64,000 bases of DNA, taken from Neoechinorhynchus agilis. Its lineage: Eukaryota; Animalia; Acanthocephala. The notes beneath the pieces are model-generated. The model ran no database searches. It was not told the origin of the DNA and saw nothing but the letters and a program-made list of their open reading frames with translations. Positions 37,844 to 47,721 of this stretch are shown piece by piece. The DNA is taken from assembly GCA_051530055.1 (NCBI GenBank), contig CM121341.1:16842784-16906783 (forward strand), given 5' to 3'. The stretch's first letter is position 1, and each line of letters starts with the position of its first letter. A program made the translations under genes and the position numbers.

Positions 37844-40592
37844 ATGCGACTGAACAACCAAGCAGCGCTTAGTAATCTTATCGACATGCGGATGGACAGT
37901 CCGATCTTGGCTGCTGCCAAGAATTACATTGCGATGTTGGAGCGTCTGAAGGATCACGAACAACGGATTCAGTTCCTCACAAGGTGCCTCCGAAAAAAAA
38001 TACTCCCTGCATTCCTCGATGGTGTCCGTGTGCCGAAGGGTTTTTTGCGGGAGAAGCGCATCAGGGAAAATCTATGCAGGTTCCGGTTTGTTTGCCTCAA
38101 AGTCAGGATAAGAAATACCTGGAACGATCTACAATGTTTGAGGAAGGATCTCGATATATGTAAGCAGTATTTGTCAGAAGTGTTGGGAAAGGAGGAATTT
38201 TCGCGTGTGATGGATATCGCGTTGGATGCTGGCCAAACTGCGAAGCGAACTTCCAAAGATCGAATGAAAGCGAAATATGCCGCGTTATGCGAATCGAAGG
38301 TCGATCCGAGCCGACCGAGGAGTCAAGTCTTACTCACCGACCGGATGACGTGCATTCCGGATGGAATGTTGAATAGAGATGCACGTATGGTTCTCTCACG
38401 TGGACCGTCCTTTGCACCGACACATGCACTGAGGAAAGAGGATGTATTCCAATTGCAAGTGGACGTCGCGCGCTTAGCGTACCAACTACGGGTAAAAGCT
38501 GTTCGTGATGGGGAAACGTCTGGTTGCTGCAGAGGCTAATGCACCGCCTAGTTGTGAACCTGAGTGCGTCTCGCGATCTCGACCGCGTTTCGATTTCGAG
38601 TTAGAATGCATTCGCAGTACCGAGACCTGATGATCACACAGAGAGAAATTTGAAATTGTTGATGTTGCGAGAGGGCATAGAAAACTAGACGGATCGTTAT
38701 ATGGATTACCGCTCGAAACCGAATCTTCCGTTGAGTGAACGACGAGCACTGAGGTCTCTGAAAGAGAAAGTGCAAAAGAAGGAGATGAGGATAACAGTGA
38801 GCGATAAGGGAGGTGATCTCGTGGCGATGGAAAGCAGCGTGGAAAGTGCGATGATGGGGACGTTATTGGGTCACACTGATACATATACAATGGCGACAAA
38901 AGACGAATGTGAACAACAGCGCAAGGAGTTGAATGCTGCTCTTCGAAAAGTGATATCGGCTCGAGAGTTGAAAGGGATGAGCAGTTTCACACACGGTCCA
39001 TTACGTACGCCGGTGATGTACGGATTGGTCAAGACACACAAGATGCCTATTGGTCCGGTTACACCGCAAGCAGCCTCATTGCTGAAATGCAGACCAATCA
39101 TATCTGCGGTTAATGGACCAGCGTACCGTGTTTCTCGTTTCCTGGCTTCGGCTATCGGTCCATTGCTACGGAGGACACGGGCATTTGTGAGTAATACTGA
39201 TGAGCTGTTATCAACGTTGCGATCGCGACGGAATGAATTGACCAACAGTCGCGTAATGTCTTTTGATTTCGTGGCATTGTACACCAAGGTTGACAACGAG
39301 GGAGCAGTACGTGCGCTGGAGAAAAGGTTGAAGGAGAATGAAGATCTTGATCTCTTTGGTCTACTACCAGACGATGTTAATGGTCTGACACGATTGGTAT
39401 TGAAGTGCAACCTTTTTCGTTATCGAAGCCGGCTATATAAGCAAGTTCGTGGTCTCGCAATGGGAAATAGTTTGGCTCCGGTATTGGCCATCCTCTAACT
39501 CGATGACCTGGAAAGACTGCATATCTATCCACATTTAGCGTCGAGTCAAGTTTACCTCCGCTATGTGGACGATGTGTTGCTGACCTTCACCGAGGATGAT
39601 GAGGTCGATACCATTGAGTCACTATTAAATTCAATGGACTCGAATAGAGGATTCAAGTTACAATAGACCAACCTGCCATTCCTCAATCACCGCTTCAAAT
39701 CCGACGATGTGTCCAACTTCAATTGGTATCGAAAGCCATGCAGGAAGTCGATTGTGATGCACCGTGATTCTCACCATCCTTGGGCGATGAAAGCGGCGAT
39801 ATACGCTGGTATATCGCCGCTTTCATCGCCCAAGGATGAAAGCGGCGATATACGCTGGTATGCATAAATCGGCAACCACCTGCTCATCGTCGTGGGACGC
39901 GAAGCGTGGAGCGGTGGAAGCAGTAAACAAGATCTTCGCGGACAACGGATATTCGACAGAGGAGATCGAAGGATTCCAGCGATAAGTGGAAAATAGAATT
40001 AGACGAGACGCTGGACCCATGAGGGAACGAAAGGACGATAGGCCGATCCTACGAATTCCGTACGTGAGTGAAATGTTCACGAAGAGAGTTAAAGTACTGC
40101 TCAGGCAAGCAGGGTTGAATGTGCGTATTGTGCACAGAGGGGGTAGAACGCTGCGGAGGATGCTGACGAGAACGAGGCATCATGAGGATCATCAGGAATG
40201 CCCTCGGTCGTGCCTAATGTGCAGATACGCAGCAGGTGCGAGGGTGGACGAGGAGCGTCAGCAAGCCATTGATCGTGACTGGAAGATGTGCGATCAGAGC
40301 AGTGTGGTATTCGAGATCCGGTGTGAACGGTGTCGGATTGACCGTGGCCACTTGGTCACGTACGTGGGAAAAACAGAAAGGCCACTTCGCCAAAGAGTGG
40401 CCGAGCATGTACGAAACTCGTTGAACCCAAGTGCGCAATCGTATGTGACGACACCGTGGGCGAAACATTATTCGCGAGTCCACCCGGATTGAACAGTTCA
40501 GCTGTCCACGCGCATAATGTACAAAGCGCAGGATCCCGTCGAACTGTCGATAGCGGAAGCGCTGATCATATCCCGAGAGACCCGGGATCGTG
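37844..40592 (+). pseudogene. Penelope ORF copy D, full span with multiple indels and stops
   Basis: Fragments 37844..38539, 38701..39498 and 39986..40492 mirror copy A. Confidence 0.9.
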
Positions 40593-40707
40593 AGGACTCT
40601 AGCGGGCATCGGTCGGACGGTAGGACACTCATTAACCAGAAGGATGAGTTGTCTGCCGTCATGAATCTAATGTGAACTTCCACTCCACTTCACTCGCATT
40701 GTAGATT

Positions 40708-40746
40708 ACACCCTGAAGAAGCCGTTGGACGGCGAAAGCTAGGTGT
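40708..40746 (+). ncRNA. Hammerhead ribozyme (outer, intact stem I)
   Basis: acaccctgaagaagccgttggacggcgaaagctaggtgt. Confidence 0.85.
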
Positions 40747-41089
40747 TTCAATAAACTCTCTTTCAGTCGGATTGTCGATCAAACAATCATCAATAGATAA
40801 GTTTTGGTTTTATCTGGACAACAGAACTTGATCAATCATGCGGCTCGATAATCACAGAATTGCAAAGACAACAAAAGGGCGAAGTGACATAAATGATACT
40901 TTACACGAGTATTGTTAATGGTATCGCTATTTTAAAAAAATGAGGATCACCAGAGCCCATTTTGTCCGCTCGGATTCTTGATGCATCTATTTAACTGCTA
41001 TCATGCACACATTAAATGCCTCAAACTCTCAATTTTAGCCAATTTTGTGGTTTTTCAGTAAAAGATCAAATAAGCGGAAAAGAGAAGAG

Positions 41090-41538
41090 CTATTCATTCA
41101 ATGTGCTTTCATCATCCGAGTCGCTATCACTATCCGGTTCGTACCGAAGTTCAGGTTGTTCCTCGTCCTTTATTAGAGCTCGCTCAAGGATAACCTTTTT
41201 TTCTTTATACCGTTGGCTATCCTCGACCGCATATTCATACTCCCATCCTACTTTTTCTTCGCAATCTATGCAAAACACATCCCGAACTAAATGCCGTCCC
41301 GTCAACATCACCTAAAGCAACATTCAAAGCCATCGAAAAGCACGATTTCTAGATGTCTAACCCGTTCTTGCATTGGCCCACTCATTGTATTGTAAACTCG
41401 TTTGAACAAATAGGCCCGACCAGTTGATCCAGTGAACCGAGTGGACACAATATCGCGTTTTTTAGCCAAATGGGCAAAACATTTTTGACAGACGTAAATT
41501 TTTGATGCATTGAGATATCTAAGATATTTCCTACCCAT
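41090..41538 (-). CDS. YPEL5: Yippee-like protein (YPEL5-type), paralogue 2; exons 41362-41538, 41090-41311
   Basis: [12 protein letters not shown]...QER|[37 protein letters not shown]; 50-nt GT-AG intron at the same position as in paralogue 1. Confidence 0.92.
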
Positions 41539-41640
41539 CTAAAAATTCAATACGTCCGCGGAATATACTTTTCGAGGCTAAATAAAATGCTTCCTTTCTC
41601 AAATTCAATAGACTCGTTTTATGTATTGATTTGTCGCTAT

Positions 41641-42470
41641 TCATCCTTCGGTATCCGGAGGATTAAACGGACTCTCCGGAGTGAAACGAGTTCGTCTATC
41701 TACTTTTGATTTGGGCAAAGGAAGTCCAGGTCGATATGTCGGCTTGTCAATTCTATTAGCGAACAGTGCCAAATAAATGAATCTTTATAATCAATTTCTT
41801 ACACTTTAGTATCTGATTCTTGGGCGGAGAAAAGCGCTCTTCTTATATAGTCAAGGCATTCTGCTCTGTTTATTAAACGTTGCCGTGTCGAAGACGACCT
41901 TGTCCAAAAGTATCCATCTTTATCGATATTAGCAGAATACTAGAAAACAAGAATTGAAGAGCGTGATTCTAAGAAGGACTTTACGAGTTTAAGGACTTTT
42001 GTCTTAAGATCATCCGGAATCCATGCGCAATCAGATACTTTAAAACTGACTTTCACACTCGCATTGCGATCTAACATTTTTGATTAAATTCAATGCCGAT
42101 GTTGGAAAAAGAGGTTCTACCAATAAAGGATATCGGTGTCTTGGATTCTTCGAAATATTGAAAATGAAGGTCTCCTATGAATGAAAATAAGCGATTGAGA
42201 ATCACGAAAAAACACGTACGCATATCAATGTATCCATTGAACGTTGATTTCGATGTTCTAAGCTTTTGAATCACCTATATAAATCGAAAAAGGATTGGAA
42301 TTACGGAAGAGTAAGAGACTTCACTGCTTTTAGTTGGAGCTCGTTCACAGAGAGACCTGGAAAAACGAATGATCATCTATATTGAGAAGGACAGGCAAGA
42401 GTTCAGGGACTAAAACAGTAGATATTTCGCGATAAGTGGGCTTCATTTTCTTTCGAGAAATCGTATCGAT
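41641..42470 (-). CDS. MRPL58: ICT1/MRPL58 (mL62)-like protein, multi-exon, 5' end uncertain
   Basis: Manual splicing over short GT-AG introns gives STFNGYIDMRDLHFQYFEESKTPISFIDRNASVKVSFKVSDCAWIPDDLKTKVLKLYSANIDKDGYFWTRSSSTRQRLINRAECLDYIRRAL, collinear with ICT1 as I recall it (FSGYIP..RL...Y....VRF.....WI...INK.G.L...S...R.Q..N..DCL..IR). Confidence 0.65.
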
Positions 42471-43492
42471 CATCGTTGGGACAATATCAGACCATCAGAC
42501 AGATTTTTTAATTTGGAATTCATATTTCCATTGGAAATACGGTAAGAGAAAAATGATTTTATTTGAGATTATCAAACTCAGCGCTTTTAAAATTCTTTGA
42601 AATGTCACGAGGTCCGTTAACGACCTCAGTGTTGATTTTATTGGTTGATCAAAAGGAAAAGCTGCGCTTAGTGCTTTCAAATGCCTGTTGATGAGATTCG
42701 TCGAAGACTGAGCTTATATTCTTTTCATTTCATGCCTTTGAAGCCTTCGATCGAATTCATAATTGTCCGGTTTCTTGGTGTTGATCACTTTTTGAAAAAC
42801 CTCCCGGAAAAAATACATCAAAATGTTTCGAGTGTCATTTCAACCAAAGATTTTAGAAATCCAGTTTATTTTCGTATTTGTCAAATTAGATACGTTTAAT
42901 CTTAAATATAAGTCTAGCATTGACCGAAAATGAGTGAAATAAAGCAACAAACTAACTTGCGAAACAATGATCTAGGGAAATATTTCATTAAAATATCTTT
43001 CATCCTTCACCACAATTCAAACGACATTGAAAATTAGTACTTTTTGTGTTGACGCTTTGAAACCAAAAATGTTTGGCACTTTTTTTAGTGCTTGCTATCT
43101 GGCAGTTTTTTTAAAATATGTCATGCGAATTTGCTAACACGATTCTCAGTGATGGACGTAATCTCGCTTATGGGCAATTTTTTTAATTTTAATCCGAATA
43201 ATACAAATAAAGTCGAGTAAATGGACTAAAAGGTGCATCCGTTTTAAAAGTGTTCCGCAAAAAAGATTCTGTTTAAAGATTGGAATGTTCCTTTTTGTTT
43301 ATTCGGCTTAAAAATTAAAGCTATTTATACCTTTAAATTTTTTGTGCCATAGACAAGCAAAAAGTTTCTTTCGTATTGTATGAGCGATGTTACGAGACGT
43401 AAATTAGTTTGCCTCCTGATTGTTCATTGTTCCATTTTCCCCAAGTTGACTTTTATAGCACTTTCATCATAGAAGTACGCGTTTGATTGGAA

Positions 43493-45661
43493 ATGTCGTC
43501 CGAGTTGAATCCGTATGCCGAAGAGTACATCCCAGGAATGTACGGCGATTCTGACGAGGATGAGGAAAAGGTTGAACGAGCTTGGGAGAAAACAGCTGAT
43601 GATTTGAACAATCTCAAAATTAAGGATGATTTAAATGAAGAGGAAGAGAAAGATGCTAAAGCTCCGAAGGTCGCGTTGCTGAAGAGAGATTTCTCTGATA
43701 AAAAGGAGCCCGTAAACGTGGTTTTCATCGGGCACGTTGATGCCGGAAAATCAACTATTGGTGGTCAACTCATGTTTCTTACTGGGATGATCGATAAGCG
43801 AACTCTTGAGAAATACGAAAAGGAAGCGAAAGAGAAGAATAGAGAAAGCTGGTACTTGTCTTGGGCGCTGGATGTGCACGGATCAACAGGCATTGGACAT
43901 TTTGATGGATCTAAGATTTTGGAAGCTGAAAAAGTTGATCAGAATATGATCTGCGGCCTTGTTTTGACTTGCGACCTAACATTTTGGCGTAATTTTAGCG
44001 ATTCACTCTGTTCTTCTATCATTTATTTCATTTTCGAAGTTTTTTAATGGTGAAAAGACAAAAACGGCTTTAATTTCATGGTTAAGACGCTACTCTTAAA
44101 ATTGAATATGTTTTGGTGACTTTTATATTGTTTTTCACATAAACAAGTACCCAGCAAGACGTTGGCAAATACTGGTTACATTTTTTTCTAAGTCTTGTGA
44201 ACATCACTTCTACGGCTAATAATTTTCCTTGGGCACACAGCCCATCGACCTGATTAAACCATGAACTATTCGGCAATCAGTTTGTACATCCTTCCGAATC
44301 CTCAAATACCTCCTGAGTAGGTTTGATTTTATGCGCTTTTTCCTGGTTCAGATCGGTGGGCTGTGTGCCTAAGGAAAATAATCAGCCGTGTAAGGGATGT
44401 TCACTTCAACACTCAGAGAAAAAATAATTTAAAATTATTTGCAACTCGACGATTGTGATGGATTCAGATTTCCATGTTTTAAATACCGATTCTTAAGCGC
44501 ATGCCACGTGGCTGTCATTTCCGTTCTTTTTTCTCCATTGCCTGTTACCGGATAAATGAGGAAGAGCGACAAAAGGGAAAGACGGTTGAAGTCGGGCGTG
44601 CATACTTCGAAACCTCTAGGCGCCATTACATTGTCCTGGACGCCCCAGGACACAAATGCTTTGTTCCGAATATGATCGGAGGCGCATCTCAAGCTGACAT
44701 TGCCATTCTGGTGATTTCTGCCCGTAAAGGAGAATTTGAGACTGGTTTTGAACGAGGTGGACAGACGAGAGAACATGCCATGTTGGTTAAGACAGCAGGA
44801 GTTAAGCATTTGATAGTATTGGTCAATAAGATGGACGACCCTACTGTTGATTGGGACGAGATGCGATTTGAAGAAATCAAGCAGCGCCTGACTCCGTTCT
44901 TGAAGAAATGTGGGTTTCAGTCGAAGGATGGAGGCCTCTGTTACATTCCATGCAGTGGTATGACTGGAAGTAATCTCAAAGAAGTGAGTAACGCCCTTGG
45001 GTGGTACAAAGGACCGAGCCTTATTGAGTACATGGATTCTTTGCCTCCGTTTCCCCGTAGTTTGGACTCTCCGTTTCGTATGCCAATAGTGGATCGGTAC
45101 AAGGATATGGGGACGGTTGTGATTGGGAAAATCGAGTCTGGTTGCGTAAGACTAAATGATCGACTCATTCTTATGCCCAATAAGACAAAAGTCGAAGTCT
45201 GTCAAATCACGATCGAATCCGTCGACACGGATGCCGCAATGTGTGGTGAGAATGTGAAACTGAAACTAAAAGGAATTGAGGAAGAAGAGATTTCTTCGGG
45301 GTTCATATTGTGTGACTGTGAAGATGTCTGTCATGTTGGGAAAGTGTTCGATGCTCAGATTGCCGTACTAGACTATAAGTCGATTATTTGCCCTGGATAC
45401 AGTGCCGTAATGCATCTGCATGCCGGTGTTTATGAAGTGCAATTGAAAGCGATCATCAAGACGTTAGGAAAAAAGCCTACAGATAGGGGACAAATACGTC
45501 CGAGGTTTATCAAGCAAGATTCAAATGCGATTGTTCGGTTAGAAGTGACGGATGTAGCGTGCATGGAGACTTTTCAAAAGTATCCTCAGATGGGGCGGTT
45601 CACGCTCAGGGATGAAGCCAAAACTGTGGCTATAGGTAAAATCCTTAAGATTGTTGAGTGA
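43493..45661 (+). CDS. GSPT1: Eukaryotic release factor 3 (eRF3/GSPT); exons 43493-43873 and 44552-45661
   Basis: N-terminal PAM2 (SSELNPYAEEYIP), GHVDAGKST, ESWYLSWALD|INEEERQKGKTVEVGRAYFET, LDAPGHKCFVPNMIGGASQAD, NKMD, QMGRFTLRD. Confidence 0.96.
43874..44551 (+). other. Candidate non-canonical GT-GG intron with complementary ends in eRF3 (678 nt)
   Basis: The only cut giving WALD-INEEER; a pyrimidine tract precedes ccgg; arms 43885-97 and 44534-46 pair at 12/13. Confidence 0.75.
44197..44413. mobile_element. Hairpin/MITE-like family A, copy 2, nested in the eRF3 intron
   Basis: acggctaataattttccttgggcacacagcccatcga ... tcggtgggctgtgtgcctaaggaaaataatcagccgt inverted arms, shared with 24645-24760. 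Confidence 0.85.
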
Positions 45662-46050
45662 AAAATCAAGTTCGATTCCCCGAAATACAGTCAAAAATTC
45701 AGCTTTAAATAAACGCGAATAAAAAGAAAGTTACAAATATATAAGTTAAGAAGGTGATCGATCTTCAGGTATTTACGTCATCCTTACGAGTTCAGCGGCT
45801 AACTTGTTGAAATCGAACCTCGTTTTCAGAAAAAAACAGCAAGAACCAAAAACTTGGTAAATGGAAAAAATGCTTTATTGATAAATTCCCCAAGTGTTAA
45901 AAATACTGAAATTTACTACCTGCGCGACTACTAGTAGTTATTTTTTGAGCAGAAATGACCGAGTGTCCACTGCCTCTCTGTCTCCTGATGAACGATTTAC
46001 GATCTGTGATTATTTTAAAAATCGTATGCATTTTTGTGGACACTCTACGT

Positions 46051-47721
46051 TCAGTCGACATTATTGTTTTGCACCAGTTTCTTCTTGGATGGTGGAATGA
46101 GATGTTCAGGAAGAGAAGATGGTAGTTCATTTCCGTCCAATTTGATTTTAATTAAATAACCCACGAGTGCCCATTCATCAGCGTCCAACATACCATCCCT
46201 ATCGATATCTCCTAATTTCCATATTCGTCCCAATACGGAGTTTGGCAATTTGGACTTTAACATTTCTTGTTTAGCTGAAGCGCCTGTGATTCGTCCATTT
46301 GAGGGGTTAAGCCTCTCAAACACCAAATCAAATTGTTCACGCATTGGTTCAACTATCCATTCATCTTCTCCAATACCTGCATTGACTCCTTCAGTGCGTC
46401 CCAGTTCAAAAGGTGTTTGCGAAACATCATCGAATGCACCGCCCAAATGGTCCATATGATCATTGGTCGATTGATTTAAAAGTCCTCCAGCTAAAGTCAA
46501 CGGCATATCTTGATCCTTTGGTACAGCCGACATTAGACGAGTTATATCAGTGCCAAGCATTCTCTCGACATTTTCAACCAAACGACGATCAAACGAATGA
46601 AACCGACTGAAATCGTATCGTTTCAGTTGTTCCCTCATTCGTTCCACATCCGGGAAATCCCCCAATGAAATCTGGTGCTCGTGATGAAGTTTTTCACATA
46701 TCTTGTCAAGATTTGCAATAAGATCCCGTTTACGCGCCTCTTTTCCAAAAACCGCAGGCATTTCTCGCCTTAGTTCACTTATTAAATAAGCATGGACCTT
46801 AGCAAGTCTCGCTCGCTTTATAAGATCATTGAGTTTACGAAGAGTTGCATTTCGTGGAAGTTTCTCGAGATCTCCAAACAAATCTTGCGATTCCAGTTCA
46901 AACAGACGGCGATTATAGTCGTAATGAAACGGCTTATCCCAAAATGAACCAATGTACACTCGCGCAACTTCAGGAGTGTTCAACACTTTTCCTAGACTCC
47001 ACATGAGTGCTCCATAGACTCGCATAAGTTGTTGATGATCAATCATGTCGGCCTTATTTAGAACTATACGGATTTTGTCATCATTTCTCCTAAGAGCTTC
47101 AATGCACCGTCTAAATTCGTCACTAATATCGAGCTTATGAGCATCGAATAGGAGAAGAATGCGATCTGCTCGGTCTGCGAACCATTCGAGAACACCGGTG
47201 AAATCATAGCCACGATCGACTCGTTGTTTCTCACCAGACAGAATACCCGGTGTATCAACAAATGTAAGGTTTTTGAGGACATTGTTGTTCACTAGACTAC
47301 AACAGAAACGATTCAGGAATCCATTACCGAATTTACTTAGAACTCGGAATTGTTTCTTAGGATCCACCGCGAGTGCATTACCCGGAACTACGCCTTCTGA
47401 TGCTGTGTTCGGTGCGTGCATTATCGTGATGAACGAATCGGTCGTAGGTTCAGGGCCTATCCGAAGACCCGGGAAATCTTGTTGAAGCATGTGTCGAATG
47501 AATGTCGTCTTTCCAGTTGAGTATTGACCAACTAACATTACCATCGGCTTAGAGTCAAAGTCAGGATCGTCCAGAGGAGGTGAGTGGAACTCATGAAATA
47601 AATAGTGCTGCTCTAGGGGTAAAAGTTTCGTTTTGTATATGGCTTTAAGTCCTTCGAGAACACTCTCATACACTTCGGCTCCCTTTCCTGCGTCTTTCAC
47701 TCGAGAGGACCAAGGTGCCAT
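46051..47721 (-). CDS. EHD1: EH-domain-containing protein (EHD/RME-1 ATPase), intronless
   Basis: GQYSTGKTTFI, GPEPTTD, DTPGILSGEKQRVDRGYDF, LNKAD, ARLAKVHAY and a C-terminal EH domain (KSKLPNSVLGRIWKLGDIDRDGMLDADEW). Confidence 0.97.
   Translation of the reverse strand: MAPWSSRVKDAGKGAEVYESVLEGLKAIYKTKLLPLEQHYLFHEFHSPPLDDPDFDSKPMVMLVGQYSTGKTTFIRHMLQQDFPGLRIGPEPTTDSFITIMHAPNTASEGVVPGNALAVDPKKQFRVLSKFGNGFLNRFCCSLVNNNVLKNLTFVDTPGILSGEKQRVDRGYDFTGVLEWFADRADRILLLFDAHKLDISDEFRRCIEALRRNDDKIRIVLNKADMIDHQQLMRVYGALMWSLGKVLNTPEVARVYIGSFWDKPFHYDYNRRLFELESQDLFGDLEKLPRNATLRKLNDLIKRARLAKVHAYLISELRREMPAVFGKEARKRDLIANLDKICEKLHHEHQISLGDFPDVERMREQLKRYDFSRFHSFDRRLVENVERMLGTDITRLMSAVPKDQDMPLTLAGGLLNQSTNDHMDHLGGAFDDVSQTPFELGRTEGVNAGIGEDEWIVEPMREQFDLVFERLNPSNGRITGASAKQEMLKSKLPNSVLGRIWKLGDIDRDGMLDADEWALVGYLIKIKLDGNELPSSLPEHLIPPSKKKLVQNNNVD

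Larger units (their letters stand above)
30727..40798. mobile_element. Penelope-like element array: tandem dimer (-) 30727-36093 mirrored by tandem dimer (+) 36093-40798
   Basis: RT motifs (YGLVKTHK, RPIIS, SFDFVALYTNV, GLAMGNSLAP, YLRYVDD, LPFL) and GIY-YIG (VYEIRCERC...YVGKTERPLRQRVAEH); four pLTRs; direct repeat aagttttggttt at 30715-26 and 40799-810. Confidence 0.97.

Noticed and set aside
31140-40683. Many 60-180 aa antisense ORFs repeated across the Penelope array
   Set aside because: Shadows of the Penelope ORF and pLTR, repeated only because the element is repeated.
45660-45690. gttcgattcc B-box-like motif (similar motifs at 9135 and 54410)
   Set aside because: No cloverleaf or A-box; not a supportable tRNA.
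46440-46490. ~15-aa in-frame insertion in EHD (LLNQSTNDHMDHLGG), 45 nt, could be read as a GA...GG intron
   Set aside because: No stop, no terminal complementarity, and it lies in a variable linker; a protein-level insertion is simpler.
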